Shown in pieces: positions 32,226 through 41,709 of a DNA stretch of 64,000 nt (the first letter of the stretch is position 1; each line of letters starts with the position of its first letter). The stretch is from NCBI GenBank assembly GCA_049596335.1, contig JBMYLM010000005.1:11935-75934 (forward strand), in the 5' to 3' direction. The position numbers and the translations under genes were made by a program. The DNA comes from Neptuniibacter sp. (GTDB taxonomy: Bacteria; Pseudomonadota; Gammaproteobacteria; Pseudomonadales; Balneatricaceae). Below the pieces are notes generated by a model. The model did not search any database. It saw only the letters and a list, made by a program, of their open reading frames with translations, and was not told the origin of the DNA.

Positions 32226-33423
32226 CTAAGCGGCTCCAGCCACGCAGTTACGGCCAGCCGCTTTAGCTTTATAGAGATTATCATCGGCCCGTTTAATCAC
32301 GGTATCGAGCCTTGTATCAAATTGATTGGATGTAGCAATACCAATACTGACGGTCACGTTGATTTCATGCCCCAAGACAGAATAAGGAGTATCAGCCACC
32401 AGCCTAAGCACTCTGTCGGACACCTTGACCAGCTCATTCATGTTCGTTTCAGGTAGCAGCACAATAAACTCTTCTCCACCATACCGCCCAATATCTGAAT
32501 AGGCTCTGACTTCTGACAATATGCGCGCTGACACCTGCTTAAGCAGTTCATCACCCACCTGATGACCGTATTTGTCATTTATGCCTTTAAAGTAATCAAG
32601 GTCCAGCATCATCAGACTAAAGGTACGCTTATCGGCCTGATTCCTATGATAGCGCTGCCACTCGGACTCCATCCTTCGGGTAATTTCTGCCCGGTTATAC
32701 AAGTTAGTAACTGTATCGATCGTTGCCAAACGCCCCAGCTCTTTCTGTTGCATCACCATGGTGACTGCGGCTTTTCGCATAAACCAGAATGTCGCAAAAA
32801 TCACGGAGACAAGAATCACCCCCAATTCCGCAAGGAAATAAAACACCCCTTGAGTCACCTCTTCCCTGAACAGCGTCATATCCTGGTAGATTTCAAATAC
32901 TCCTATGACCTGCCCTTGCTGATTTCGCATAGGAACATAAGACTCAACCACATCGACATCAAAACGATCCTGATGCGCTAAATCACGAATCTGATTTTTA
33001 GTCTGGATAACGGAACTTTCACCGCCCGCCAACGCCACTTCCAGATGCTCATTGCCCAAAGAATTCTTACCAATGATGCTCATATCAGTGCTGTATACAA
33101 CAGTGCCATCAAGAGAAAACAATTTAACTTTCACAATGCCATAAGGGCCCATAAACGCTTTAATCATCTTATCCAGAGCAATCAATTGTGGTGGCAACAA
33201 GGGGGGGGGCCAGCGCATCAGACAACTGCTCCTGATGCACACTGACAATTGAATTAGCAATATTAACTGCATTTGATTCAGCCAAACCGACGACATAACG
33301 CTCGTACAATTTAAACGTGACGAATGAAGAGAGAACAAGAATCAGGGCAGCAGCGCTCACAGCCACCCAACAAAAGCGTCTGAGAAACACCGATGAGGAC
33401 ATTGATAGAATTATTGGGCTCAT
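32226..33423 (-). pseudogene. TM-sensor-TM-GGEEF diguanylate cyclase interrupted by a frameshift in a C9 tract
   Basis: ORF 33169-33423 encodes the N-terminal TM and the start of the sensor. ORF 32226-33338 (other frame) encodes the rest: periplasmic domain, TM2 (FYFLAELGVILVSVIFATFWF) and GGDEF with RYGGEEF. The frames meet in the tract at 33201-33209. Removing one C gives a continuous ~398-aa protein (...SDALAPPLLPPQLIALDKMIKAF...). Confidence 0.8.
33201..33209 (-). repeat. Homopolymer G9 (C9 on the coding strand) inside the diguanylate cyclase gene
   Basis: The sequence reads caaGGGGGGGGGccagcg. It is the only long G/C homopolymer I noticed in the window. Confidence 0.95.
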
Positions 33424-33555
33424 AGGCGGAGTTCCGAATACCGCGACATGTCAGCGGCTTACAACATAAAACTCAGTTAAGAATAGCAAAAGCTCGCGGA
33501 TATAGCTTTCAAACCACATGAAAAATAGTTAAGTAGATGGCAGTTTCATGACAGT

Positions 33556-36500
33556 CTATGATGTCACGATAAGCCCCTCAAACTCCGATGCCGGCAGCGG
33601 CGGACTGTATAAATAGCCCTGATAACAATGGCATTGTTTACTTTTTAGAAACTCAAGTTGCGCCTGCGTTTCCACTCCTTCAGCCAGAACCCGGATGCCC
33701 AGGTTTTGCCCCATTGCTACAATCGTAGCCGCAATGACCATATCGTCTTTATCATTGGGAATTTCATCGACAAATGACTTATCGATCTTAAGTACATCAA
33801 GTGGGAATTTTTTCAGGTAAGCAAGTGATGAATAGCCGGTACCAAAATCATCAATGGCAATACGCACGCCAAGATCTCTGAGCTTTTGCAATAACTCAAT
33901 AGATTCTGTCTCACGCTCCATCAATGCGCTTTCGGTTAATTCCAGTTCCAGATATTTAGGTTCCAGTCCTGTCTCTTCAAGTACGTTTGAGACAAGCTTA
34001 TACATATCTGCATGCCTGATCTGAACCGGTGAAAGGTTAACAGCCAAAGTAATAGGACTCATGCCCTGATCCAACCAGGCTTTAAGCGTTTTGCAGCCAC
34101 TTTCCAAAACGAACTTGCCTATATCAGCCACCAATCCGGTTTGCTCCGCAAGAGGGATAAAATCCCCTGGCATTACCAAGCCTCGATCAGGATCATTCCA
34201 ACGAACTAAAGCCTCTGCACCGATCAGTTCTCCAGTCTGAATATCAAGCTGAGGTTGGTAATAAACTTCAAGCTCCTCATGAGTTAAAGCCCGCATTAAA
34301 CGCGCTTCAAGCTCAAGGCGATTACGCGCATCCAGAGTTAATTCTTCAGTGAAATAATTGAAACGCCCACGACCTTCGGATTTCGCTCGATACAAGGCTG
34401 CATCTGCATGCTGAAGTAGAGAGGCCGCATCACGACTATGGGTTGGATATAAACTAATACCTACAGAAACACCTACAGCGACTTCACAGCCATTGCTCAA
34501 TTGCCACCTGCGGGAAAGATGCCTGATGATATCATCAGCAACGATACCGGCATCTTCCTCATACTTGATATCACCCAGCAAAATGGCAAACTCATCCCCA
34601 CCCATTCGGCTTATTACATCTGCCTGACGAAGCCTTTCCCTTAAGACATCCGCAACCTGTTGCAGCAGCTCATCCCCGGAAGCATGACCAAAACTGTCAT
34701 TTACATCCTTAAAGCGGTCCAGGTCGAGCAACAACAGAGCAAGCTTTTTACCTTCCCTTTGCGCCGAACCTAATGATTGCTCCAACTGAGACTGAATCAT
34801 TAAACGGTTAGGCAAACCGGTCAAAACATCATGATGCGCCAGATAAGCCAACTCCTGTTCTGACTCTTTCATGTGGGTGATATCAGCAAACACACCGACA
34901 TAATGCTCCAGATTATCCCAGTCATCATAAACCGCATTTATACTGAGCAGTTCCGGATAGGTTGTACCATCTTTTCTGCGGTTCCAGATCTCACCCTGCC
35001 AGTAACCCTCTGTTGCAATCTGTTGCCACATTTCCTCATAAAAATGCCGGTCATGCCTGCCAGACTGCAATACACTCGGAGACTGGCCAACCACCTCCTC
35101 CTCGCTGTAACCCGTGAGCTCACAAAAAGCCTTATTAACCCTTTGAATTCGTCCTGCAGGGTCGGTAATCATGACCCCTTCCGTAGTGTTGGCAAAAACA
35201 GTAGCAGCCTGTCGAAGCTGATCTTGTCGGCGAGTTCTTTCTGTTATATCCCTGATAAATGCGAATATCTGCCCTTGACCGCCGGGCCAATAGGTTGCAT
35301 TCACCTCAACATCATAGAGTTCGCCATTTTTCCTTTTGTGTTTGGATGTAAATAACTGCCCCCCAATCTCCTTGAGGGCTTTTATATGCTCAGCAACCTT
35401 TGGCGGGTCTTCCAAAACATCAATATCGGCAACATTCATGTGCACCAATTCATCCTGAGAATAGCCGGACATATCTGCATAGGATTCATTCACTTCGAGA
35501 ATGGCGCCCTGAGAATCCAGAATCCAAAAACCATCCTGCGCAGTAGTGATAACTCTGAAGTAAGTTTCAGCACTTTCTTTTAATGCCCGGGATGCCTGTT
35601 CCTGTTTTGTAATATCCGTGAGAATACAATGAGTGCGTAACTCCCCCGTGACTTCATCTTTACTGATCTGACCGGAGATCTGCACGAAACGCTTTTCCCC
35701 ATCGGCTCTTAAGAACTCATATTGGGGACCGCAAACCCGTTTCGTTTCCTTAAATTTGGGAAATTCAACAGAAAGCGTATTCAAGGAAGTGTTGCTGAGG
35801 AATTCAGCGATATTCTTTCCTGCCACATCAGCTTGTGAGCTAACACCTAACAGCTCTAACCATGCGTTGTTTACCGCTAGGATATTGCCATCCATATCCA
35901 AAGACTGATAAGGCATGGGTGCATTTTCAAACAGTGACTGAAAACGTTGCCTGCTCTCTTTCAGGCGCTGGGTCGATTCCAGTCGTTCAGAAATATCCCG
36001 GGCAATGGCAACCACATAATCTTTATTCCGGTAGCTAACTAAACGCGCCTTAACCTCTACTGGCAAAACCGACCCGTCAGAGCACCTATGGCCCGATATC
36101 AACCATTGCTCATCTCCACCTTCGATCTGAGGCATCCATTTATTTAACCAATCATCAATGGAGGTATAGAGCTGGGATATCTCAGTGAGGCGCATATTTA
36201 GCAGATCACTATGATCATATTTCAAAAGGCGGGATGCCTGAGTATTGGCTTCCAGAATTCGGGCATCCTCAGCATCAATGATATAAATCGCATCACTTAC
36301 CTGATCGACCAGCTCTTGATAGAAATTCTTTTGTTCAAGGGCCCTCAAACGTGTTTCAGTATCCTCTAACTCCCGTTTTTTTCTTTCCAGAGTTTCCTGC
36401 AGAAATTCGATGTACGAACCCTGCAGGGATTTGGCGATATCATGACGTGTAAGCAGTCCCTTCAAACCTCCCGAACTATCAACAACAACCAACCTTCTGA

Positions 36501-37206
36501 CGCTGTTTTGCTCCATCAATTGACTGGCATCCTGAAGAGGTGTGGTTGGAAACACGGTAATTAATGGGGAGGACATTCTGTCTTTGATAGAAAGGAGATC
36601 GTAATCCTGTTCTTCTGACGCGATCTTTACCATATCCCGTTCGGTAAGTACGCCTACAGCTTTATCCTCAGAAGTCGCAATAACACAGCTGATTTTTTTG
36701 CTACTCATGATTGCCAACGCTGCAGACACCGGCTGTTTTTGGTCTAGGGAAACAACATTTTGGCTCATGGAGCCCTGAACTGTTTTCAGCTCAATCAGGT
36801 ATTCCATTCCCAAATGATGCAGAAAATCACCCTCACTGACTAAACCCACCAAACGGTTGTCATCGTCAACGACAACAAGGTGACGCACTTTGTGTTCACT
36901 CATCAACTGGTAAGCGCCGCCATAACCCATTGAGGCTTTCACACACAAAACAGGCTTGCTCATGACCTCTTGCATTTTCAGATCAGAAATATGTCTGGCT
37001 TCAGACATTAAACGGATCGCATCCTGCTCGGTGAAGATCCCAACAGGTTGATTAGCTTCATCAACCACAACCACACTACTGATTGAGCGTTGTTTCATTT
37101 CCAGCAGCGCTGTGCCGACAAGATCATCCGCGGTCACCGTAAAAACATCCGGTGTCAGTATGGTTTTCAGCGGAACTGACTCGACTTCAATAGCACTGAG
37201 GTTCAT
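33556..37206 (-). CDS. Multidomain c-di-GMP signalling protein: 4 CBS, about 4 PAS, GGDEF and EAL
   Basis: 1216 aa. Four CBS motifs occupy residues ~1-270, followed by a coiled coil and repeated PAS/PAC modules. GGDEF has LTGLPNR, DLDRFKDVNDSFGH, RQAD (RxxD) and GGDEF. EAL has GAEALVRW, DDFGTGYSSL, KIDKSF and EGVET. No TM segment is evident. Confidence 0.9.
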   Translation of the reverse strand: MNLSAIEVESVPLKTILTPDVFTVTADDLVGTALLEMKQRSISSVVVVDEANQPVGIFTEQDAIRLMSEARHISDLKMQEVMSKPVLCVKASMGYGGAYQLMSEHKVRHLVVVDDDNRLVGLVSEGDFLHHLGMEYLIELKTVQGSMSQNVVSLDQKQPVSAALAIMSSKKISCVIATSEDKAVGVLTERDMVKIASEEQDYDLLSIKDRMSSPLITVFPTTPLQDASQLMEQNSVRRLVVVDSSGGLKGLLTRHDIAKSLQGSYIEFLQETLERKKRELEDTETRLRALEQKNFYQELVDQVSDAIYIIDAEDARILEANTQASRLLKYDHSDLLNMRLTEISQLYTSIDDWLNKWMPQIEGGDEQWLISGHRCSDGSVLPVEVKARLVSYRNKDYVVAIARDISERLESTQRLKESRQRFQSLFENAPMPYQSLDMDGNILAVNNAWLELLGVSSQADVAGKNIAEFLSNTSLNTLSVEFPKFKETKRVCGPQYEFLRADGEKRFVQISGQISKDEVTGELRTHCILTDITKQEQASRALKESAETYFRVITTAQDGFWILDSQGAILEVNESYADMSGYSQDELVHMNVADIDVLEDPPKVAEHIKALKEIGGQLFTSKHKRKNGELYDVEVNATYWPGGQGQIFAFIRDITERTRRQDQLRQAATVFANTTEGVMITDPAGRIQRVNKAFCELTGYSEEEVVGQSPSVLQSGRHDRHFYEEMWQQIATEGYWQGEIWNRRKDGTTYPELLSINAVYDDWDNLEHYVGVFADITHMKESEQELAYLAHHDVLTGLPNRLMIQSQLEQSLGSAQREGKKLALLLLDLDRFKDVNDSFGHASGDELLQQVADVLRERLRQADVISRMGGDEFAILLGDIKYEEDAGIVADDIIRHLSRRWQLSNGCEVAVGVSVGISLYPTHSRDAASLLQHADAALYRAKSEGRGRFNYFTEELTLDARNRLELEARLMRALTHEELEVYYQPQLDIQTGELIGAEALVRWNDPDRGLVMPGDFIPLAEQTGLVADIGKFVLESGCKTLKAWLDQGMSPITLAVNLSPVQIRHADMYKLVSNVLEETGLEPKYLELELTESALMERETESIELLQKLRDLGVRIAIDDFGTGYSSLAYLKKFPLDVLKIDKSFVDEIPNDKDDMVIAATIVAMGQNLGIRVLAEGVETQAQLEFLKSKQCHCYQGYLYSPPLPASEFEGLIVTS

Positions 37207-37465
37207 TTAGATCCCTTTGCACTTAAAAGTGCATCTATGAATTACTGTAGCCATCATGGCATGAGATGGGGGATAACCCCTATATCTAATCTTATTTTTA
37301 TACGTTTTAACTAGTAGAAAAATTGACCTATCGCAAGCCAAGTCATTGAATTACTGGTTGCTGTCGGGTTAATTGCTTTAGAATCCTCCCTAAATTAGCC
37401 AATCCTGAATTAAACATCCATGTCGATCTTTTCCTCTTGAGTTGAAAGATCATCCATAAAGAGCA

Positions 37466-37494
37466 TGAACAATGTTTATTTTAGTCGTTATAAT
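37466..37494 (+). promoter_or_regulatory. Putative sigma-70 promoter for the Sel1-repeat gene
   Basis: TGAACA (37466-71), 17 nt, TATAAT (37489-94), about 40 nt upstream of the ATG at 37535. Sequence match only. Confidence 0.35.
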
Positions 37495-37534
37495 TGGCCA
37501 CCACTTTTTAAATCCTATACAAGCAGGCATCTAG

Positions 37535-38332
37535 ATGAAGAAACAGATTCTTATCGCTGCAAGCCTAATTTTGAGCATGAATGTTACCAACGTGCTGGCA
37601 GCAGATCTGGGTAAAGGTACCGCAGCCTTTGAAAAGCAGGATTACGCAACAGCGATTGATGAGCTGAAGTCCCTGGCAAAGGAGGGCAATCCTGATGCCC
37701 TGAACATGATGGGCCAGATGTACGAAAATGGCTGGGGCATAGAAAAAGACGTTAAAAAAGCAAAACGCTTCTACCGCCGTGGCGCATCTTTGGGCCACAT
37801 GGGAAGCGTAAATAGCCTGCGAGCCCTGAAAGATCAGGAATATAAAGTTGAACTTGAAACAGTCATTCCTGCAGCAGAATCAGGTGATGCGGTTGCCCAA
37901 AACCGACTTGGGGTAATGGCTGAGTTTGGTTATGGCATGGAGCGAAGCCCAGACCTGGCGCTGCAGTGGTACCTTAAAGCCGCTGATCAGGGTCTGGTCG
38001 CAGCACAACACAACATCGGTCGTTGTTATAACTTTGGTACAGGCGTGGCTCAGAACTTTGCTGAGGCTGAACGCTGGTACCGCAAAGCGGCAGAACAAGG
38101 CCATACAGATGCAATGTTCTTCCTGGGCACCCTGTATTCAAACAATCATGGTGAACAGACAGATACTGACACTAACATCCTGGCTTATGCCTGGATGCAC
38201 AATGCAGCGGAGCTTGGAAACCCAACAGCAATCGCCATTGAAAAGCGTTTGGTAATGAAGCTGAACCCATCTCAGCTTGAAGAAGCTAAAGAATTGGCAG
38301 CGGAATACAAAAATACTTACATCGGCAAATAA
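37535..38332 (+). CDS. Secreted Sel1-repeat (SLR/TPR-like) protein
   Basis: Signal peptide MKKQILIAASLILSMNVTNVLA, then about 5 Sel1 repeats (A..WYRKAAEQGH..A...LG.MY..G.G). Confidence 0.85.
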   Translation: MKKQILIAASLILSMNVTNVLAADLGKGTAAFEKQDYATAIDELKSLAKEGNPDALNMMGQMYENGWGIEKDVKKAKRFYRRGASLGHMGSVNSLRALKDQEYKVELETVIPAAESGDAVAQNRLGVMAEFGYGMERSPDLALQWYLKAADQGLVAAQHNIGRCYNFGTGVAQNFAEAERWYRKAAEQGHTDAMFFLGTLYSNNHGEQTDTDTNILAYAWMHNAAELGNPTAIAIEKRLVMKLNPSQLEEAKELAAEYKNTYIGK

Positions 38333-38360
38333 ATCATCGAGTTAGGTAAACTACGTAAAA

Positions 38361-38392
38361 GGCGGCCTACACAGGTCGCCTTTTTGCTTTTT
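38361..38392 (+). terminator. Rho-independent terminator after the Sel1-repeat gene
   Basis: GGCGGCCtacacaGGTCGCCtttttgcttttt. Confidence 0.8.
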
Positions 38393-38493
38393 AGCTAACA
38401 CTAATTTATTAAATCTTAAACAAGGATTGGTGATATAATGCACAACCTTTCCTGATGAGTTGGCGGAGACCAGCCATCTGAAGTAACAGCTCA

Positions 38494-39762
38494 ATGCCCA
38501 GTGACAACATAATGAACAGCCTGCAAACACCTCCCACAGACCTTTCCTCCTCAGATGAAACCAGCAAAAGCCTATCGGATTATTTACCCTCTCTGATCTC
38601 GATATCTGTATTCGCATACTGCTTATTCTGGCTTGGGCAAAACGAATCATCAGAACAGATGTGGCTAATGGTTATTGGCGGCCTGTTAGGTGTTGCTCTT
38701 TATCATGCATCTTTTGGTTTCACCACCGCCTGGAGAAACCTGATCATCAATAAAAAGGGCAGCGGTGTTAGGGCTCAGATGCTGATGCTCGCCATCGCAG
38801 TTTGCCTGTTTTTTCCAGCTTTAGACAGCGCAGAACTGTTCGGGAACGATGTTGCAGGTTATATAAGACCCCTCGGCTTTTCAGTACTGGTAGGTGCCTT
38901 TATTTTCGGCATTGGTATGCAGCTAGGTAATGGCTGCGCTTCTGGAAACCTTTATCACGCAGGTGGCGGTCAACTCCGGGCAATCCCAAGCATGTTGGGG
39001 TTCATGGCTGGCGGACTTTGGGCGACATCAGACTATGAATGGTGGACCGGCCTGCCGCAGCTAGCTCCGGTATCCTTCATTGAAACGGCAGGGTTAATTC
39101 CTGCGATCATTCTTAACCTTATCGTCTTCGGTTTGATCGCCCTGTTTACTATCTGGCTTGAAAAGCGCAGTCATGGCAGCCTTGAGGCTGATCCTCCATT
39201 AGAAGGCATCAAGGACTGGCGTAAATACCTTAGAGGCCCATGGCCTTTTGTTTGGGGCGCCTTAGCACTGGCTCTGCTGAACTTCACAACATTGGCAATA
39301 ACTGGCCGACCATGGGCAGTGGCAGTCGCTTACCCATTGTGGGGCGCAAAACTGGCCATGTTGCTTGAGTTAGAACTTGAGCTCGATTTCTGGAGCTACT
39401 GGCTACAACCCGGGCGAGAGTCTGCACTAATGGAACCCCTCACCAGTGATGTCAATTCTGTGATGAATGCAGGCGTTTTATTAGGCGCGTTCATTGCCGC
39501 ATCGCTTGCCGGTAAGTTTTCATTTGAATGGCGACTGCCGCTATTACACTGGATTGCAGCACTGCTGGGCGGCGTTATGCTGGGTTACGGTGCAACCATT
39601 GCTTTTGGTTGTAACATCGGCGCTTATTTTGGTGGAATCGCTTCAGGAAGCTTGCATGGATGGTTGTGGTTAGTCGCTGCATTTGCAGGAAGCATTCTGG
39701 GGAGTTATATTCGCCCCCTGTTTAAGCTTGAAACCAAAACTGTATCCCGAAGCAGTTGCTGA
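38494..39762 (+). CDS. YeeE/YedE-family sulfur (thiosulfate) transport membrane protein
   Basis: Polytopic membrane protein with the paired conserved Cys motifs GNGCASGN and FGCNIGAYFGG, typical of YeeE/YedE. The start is uncertain (several ATGs within the first 60 codons). Confidence 0.8.
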   Translation: MPSDNIMNSLQTPPTDLSSSDETSKSLSDYLPSLISISVFAYCLFWLGQNESSEQMWLMVIGGLLGVALYHASFGFTTAWRNLIINKKGSGVRAQMLMLAIAVCLFFPALDSAELFGNDVAGYIRPLGFSVLVGAFIFGIGMQLGNGCASGNLYHAGGGQLRAIPSMLGFMAGGLWATSDYEWWTGLPQLAPVSFIETAGLIPAIILNLIVFGLIALFTIWLEKRSHGSLEADPPLEGIKDWRKYLRGPWPFVWGALALALLNFTTLAITGRPWAVAVAYPLWGAKLAMLLELELELDFWSYWLQPGRESALMEPLTSDVNSVMNAGVLLGAFIAASLAGKFSFEWRLPLLHWIAALLGGVMLGYGATIAFGCNIGAYFGGIASGSLHGWLWLVAAFAGSILGSYIRPLFKLETKTVSRSSC

Positions 39763-39780
39763 TCAATAGTTGTTGGACCG

Positions 39781-40248
39781 ATGAGCCGCGAATTTAAAGA
39801 AACCTACGAAGACATTAAAATTGCACCACCCATGAAACGCCTGGGTGCATTCGTTTACGATATGATGCTGATCGTATCTCTATTAATGGTTTCTTCTGGT
39901 GCCATGTTGGCGCTGAATGATGGGGAAGCACTGGATCAAAGCCCTTACTTTGCCCTCTACCAATCCGCGCTTTTTGTGATCGTGTATTGCTTCCTGACCT
40001 ATTTCTGGACCCGGAAAGGCCAAACTTTGGGGATGCTGGCATGGCGTTTACGCGTGCAGACAACCGAGGGGGAGCGCTTAAACCTGAGCAAATGCCTGGT
40101 ACGTTATCTGGTTGGCATTTTATCTCTGGGCTGCTTTGGAGCAGGCTTTTTGTGGATGTTTATCAATAAACAAAAGCTGACCTGGCACGATATTGCCTCA
40201 GGCAGCCACGTTGTGGAGCTACCCAAGAACGCTAAGATTCTTGAGTAG
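39781..40248 (+). CDS. RDD-family membrane protein
   Basis: 155 aa with KRLGAFVYDMMLI near the N-terminus, three hydrophobic segments and a C-terminal WHDIASGSHVV, matching the RDD pattern. Confidence 0.7.
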   Translation: MSREFKETYEDIKIAPPMKRLGAFVYDMMLIVSLLMVSSGAMLALNDGEALDQSPYFALYQSALFVIVYCFLTYFWTRKGQTLGMLAWRLRVQTTEGERLNLSKCLVRYLVGILSLGCFGAGFLWMFINKQKLTWHDIASGSHVVELPKNAKILE

Positions 40249-40262
40249 TACAAGCTGAGCGC

Positions 40263-40937
40263 TTAAATCAGTTCAGCAAGCGAATCCACGATCATATCAG
40301 GGTTGTAGTTAGCAATATCCTCACCATGATTGTAGCCATAAGGAACGCATACCACGGGACATCCCGCGGCCCGAGCGGCGCCTATATCACTTTTAGAATC
40401 ACCCACCATAAGTGTTTCCTGCGGTGAACTTGAGCAACTTTTCATTGCTTCGAGCAAGGGCTCAGGAGAAGGTTTTTTCTGTGGAAGACTGTCACCGCCG
40501 ATGACCACATCAAAATAAGTATCCAGCGCAAAACCTGATAACATACTGCGGGTAAATTGGATCGGCTTATTAGTTACCAGTCCCATTTTAATACTCTGTT
40601 CTTTCAGGCTCTGAAGGCAATCTTCAACGCCCTCGTAGAGGCAGCTATTCTCGGCTGTTTTCTCTCCGTAATACTGCAAAAACAACTTATACGCTGACTC
40701 AAACTCAGCGTCATCAACAGCAGTGCTTTCCATCTTTCCGGTCAATGCCCGCCGCACCAAAACCGCAGCGCCATTGCCTACCCACTGCCTGACCTTATCC
40801 ACACCGGCGGGTTGTTTTTCCATAGACAGCAGCATCCGGTCAACGGCATCCGCAAGATCAGGCACGCTGTCCACCAACGTACCATCCAGATCAAACAGGA
40901 CCAGCTTTGGGTTCTCACCCGAGAATAAACTTTGCAC
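40263..40937 (-). CDS. gph: Phosphoglycolate phosphatase (HAD)
   Basis: LVLFDLDGTLVDSVPDLA, TNKP and GDSKSDIGAARAAG. Follows rpe as in many gammaproteobacteria. Confidence 0.9.
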   Translation of the reverse strand: MQSLFSGENPKLVLFDLDGTLVDSVPDLADAVDRMLLSMEKQPAGVDKVRQWVGNGAAVLVRRALTGKMESTAVDDAEFESAYKLFLQYYGEKTAENSCLYEGVEDCLQSLKEQSIKMGLVTNKPIQFTRSMLSGFALDTYFDVVIGGDSLPQKKPSPEPLLEAMKSCSSSPQETLMVGDSKSDIGAARAAGCPVVCVPYGYNHGEDIANYNPDMIVDSLAELI

Positions 40938-40949
40938 TGAAAAGCTACC

Positions 40950-41621
40950 TTAACCGACTAAAGCCAGTTGCTCACGCATCTGATCAATGGTTGCTTTATA
41001 GTCATCAGTGTTAAATATTGCAGAACCCGCAACAAACGTATCTGCGCCAGCTTCTGCGATTTCGCGGATATTGCCAATACCAACACCACCATCAATCTCC
41101 AGGCGGATGTCATAGCCGCTGTTGTCTATAATTTCACGCGCCTGGCGCAATTTATCCAAGGTACCTGGAATAAATTTCTGACCGCCAAAACCAGGGTTTA
41201 CAGACATCAACAGCACCATATCTACTTTATCCAGCACATAGTCCAGATAACTCAGTGGCGTAGCCGGGTTGAACACCAATCCAGATTTACAGCCGCCATC
41301 ACGAATCATCTGCAGGGAACGATCCACATGTTCAGATGCCTCAGGATGAAACGTAATATAGCTCGCGCCGGCATCAATAAAATCGCCGATGATACGATCT
41401 ACAGGTTTAACCATCAGATGCACATCAATCGGTGCCGTAATGCCATGTTTTCTTAAAGCGCTGCAGACCATTGGGCCAATTGTCAGATTTGGAACGTAGT
41501 GGTTATCCATTACATCAAAGTGCACGATATCAGCACCTGCCGACAAAACGTTTTCAACCTCTTCCCCAAGGCGGGCGAAATCGGCAGACAGGATGGACGG
41601 AGCAATTTTGTAATCTGACAT
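40950..41621 (-). CDS. rpe: Ribulose-phosphate 3-epimerase
   Basis: [17 protein letters not shown]..., [26 protein letters not shown] and DGGV. Confidence 0.96.
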   Translation of the reverse strand: MSDYKIAPSILSADFARLGEEVENVLSAGADIVHFDVMDNHYVPNLTIGPMVCSALRKHGITAPIDVHLMVKPVDRIIGDFIDAGASYITFHPEASEHVDRSLQMIRDGGCKSGLVFNPATPLSYLDYVLDKVDMVLLMSVNPGFGGQKFIPGTLDKLRQAREIIDNSGYDIRLEIDGGVGIGNIREIAEAGADTFVAGSAIFNTDDYKATIDQMREQLALVG

Positions 41622-41709
41622 GGGTTCTAATCCAACTGAAAAAAGTTTCGGCTATTTTAACGGAGGGAGCATCTTGCTGTCAGCACGCTTCTTACCCATA
41701 ATCGTGAGC

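Noticed and set aside
32226-33338. The first ~45 residues of the 370-aa ORF (MFSLHSSRLNCTSVMSSVWLNQMQLILLIQLSVCIRSSCLMRW...), considered as a genuine N-terminus of the GGEEF protein.
   Set aside because: This stretch is the out-of-frame reading of the region that encodes a proper TM/sensor N-terminus in the 33169-33423 frame. The two frames join at the C9 tract.
37207-37534. The 328-bp AT-rich divergent spacer between the CBS-PAS-GGDEF-EAL gene and the Sel1 gene, examined for small ORFs, riboswitch-like motifs and repeats.
   Set aside because: It contains only short ORFs without ribosome-binding sites, one small hairpin (GCACTTAAAAGTGC) and a plausible sigma-70 promoter. Nothing distinguishes it from an ordinary divergent promoter region.
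38452-38490. A CUGAUGAG string upstream of the YeeE-like gene, resembling the hammerhead ribozyme core.
   Set aside because: The following sequence does not give a stem II immediately followed by GAA and a stem III with a cleavage triplet. An isolated 8-mer match is expected by chance.
38351-38650. A 99-aa minus-strand ORF spanning the Sel1 terminator and the YeeE 5' region.
   Set aside because: It runs through a clear rho-independent terminator and the opposite-strand start region. The Cys/Trp/Arg-rich translation has no motif support.
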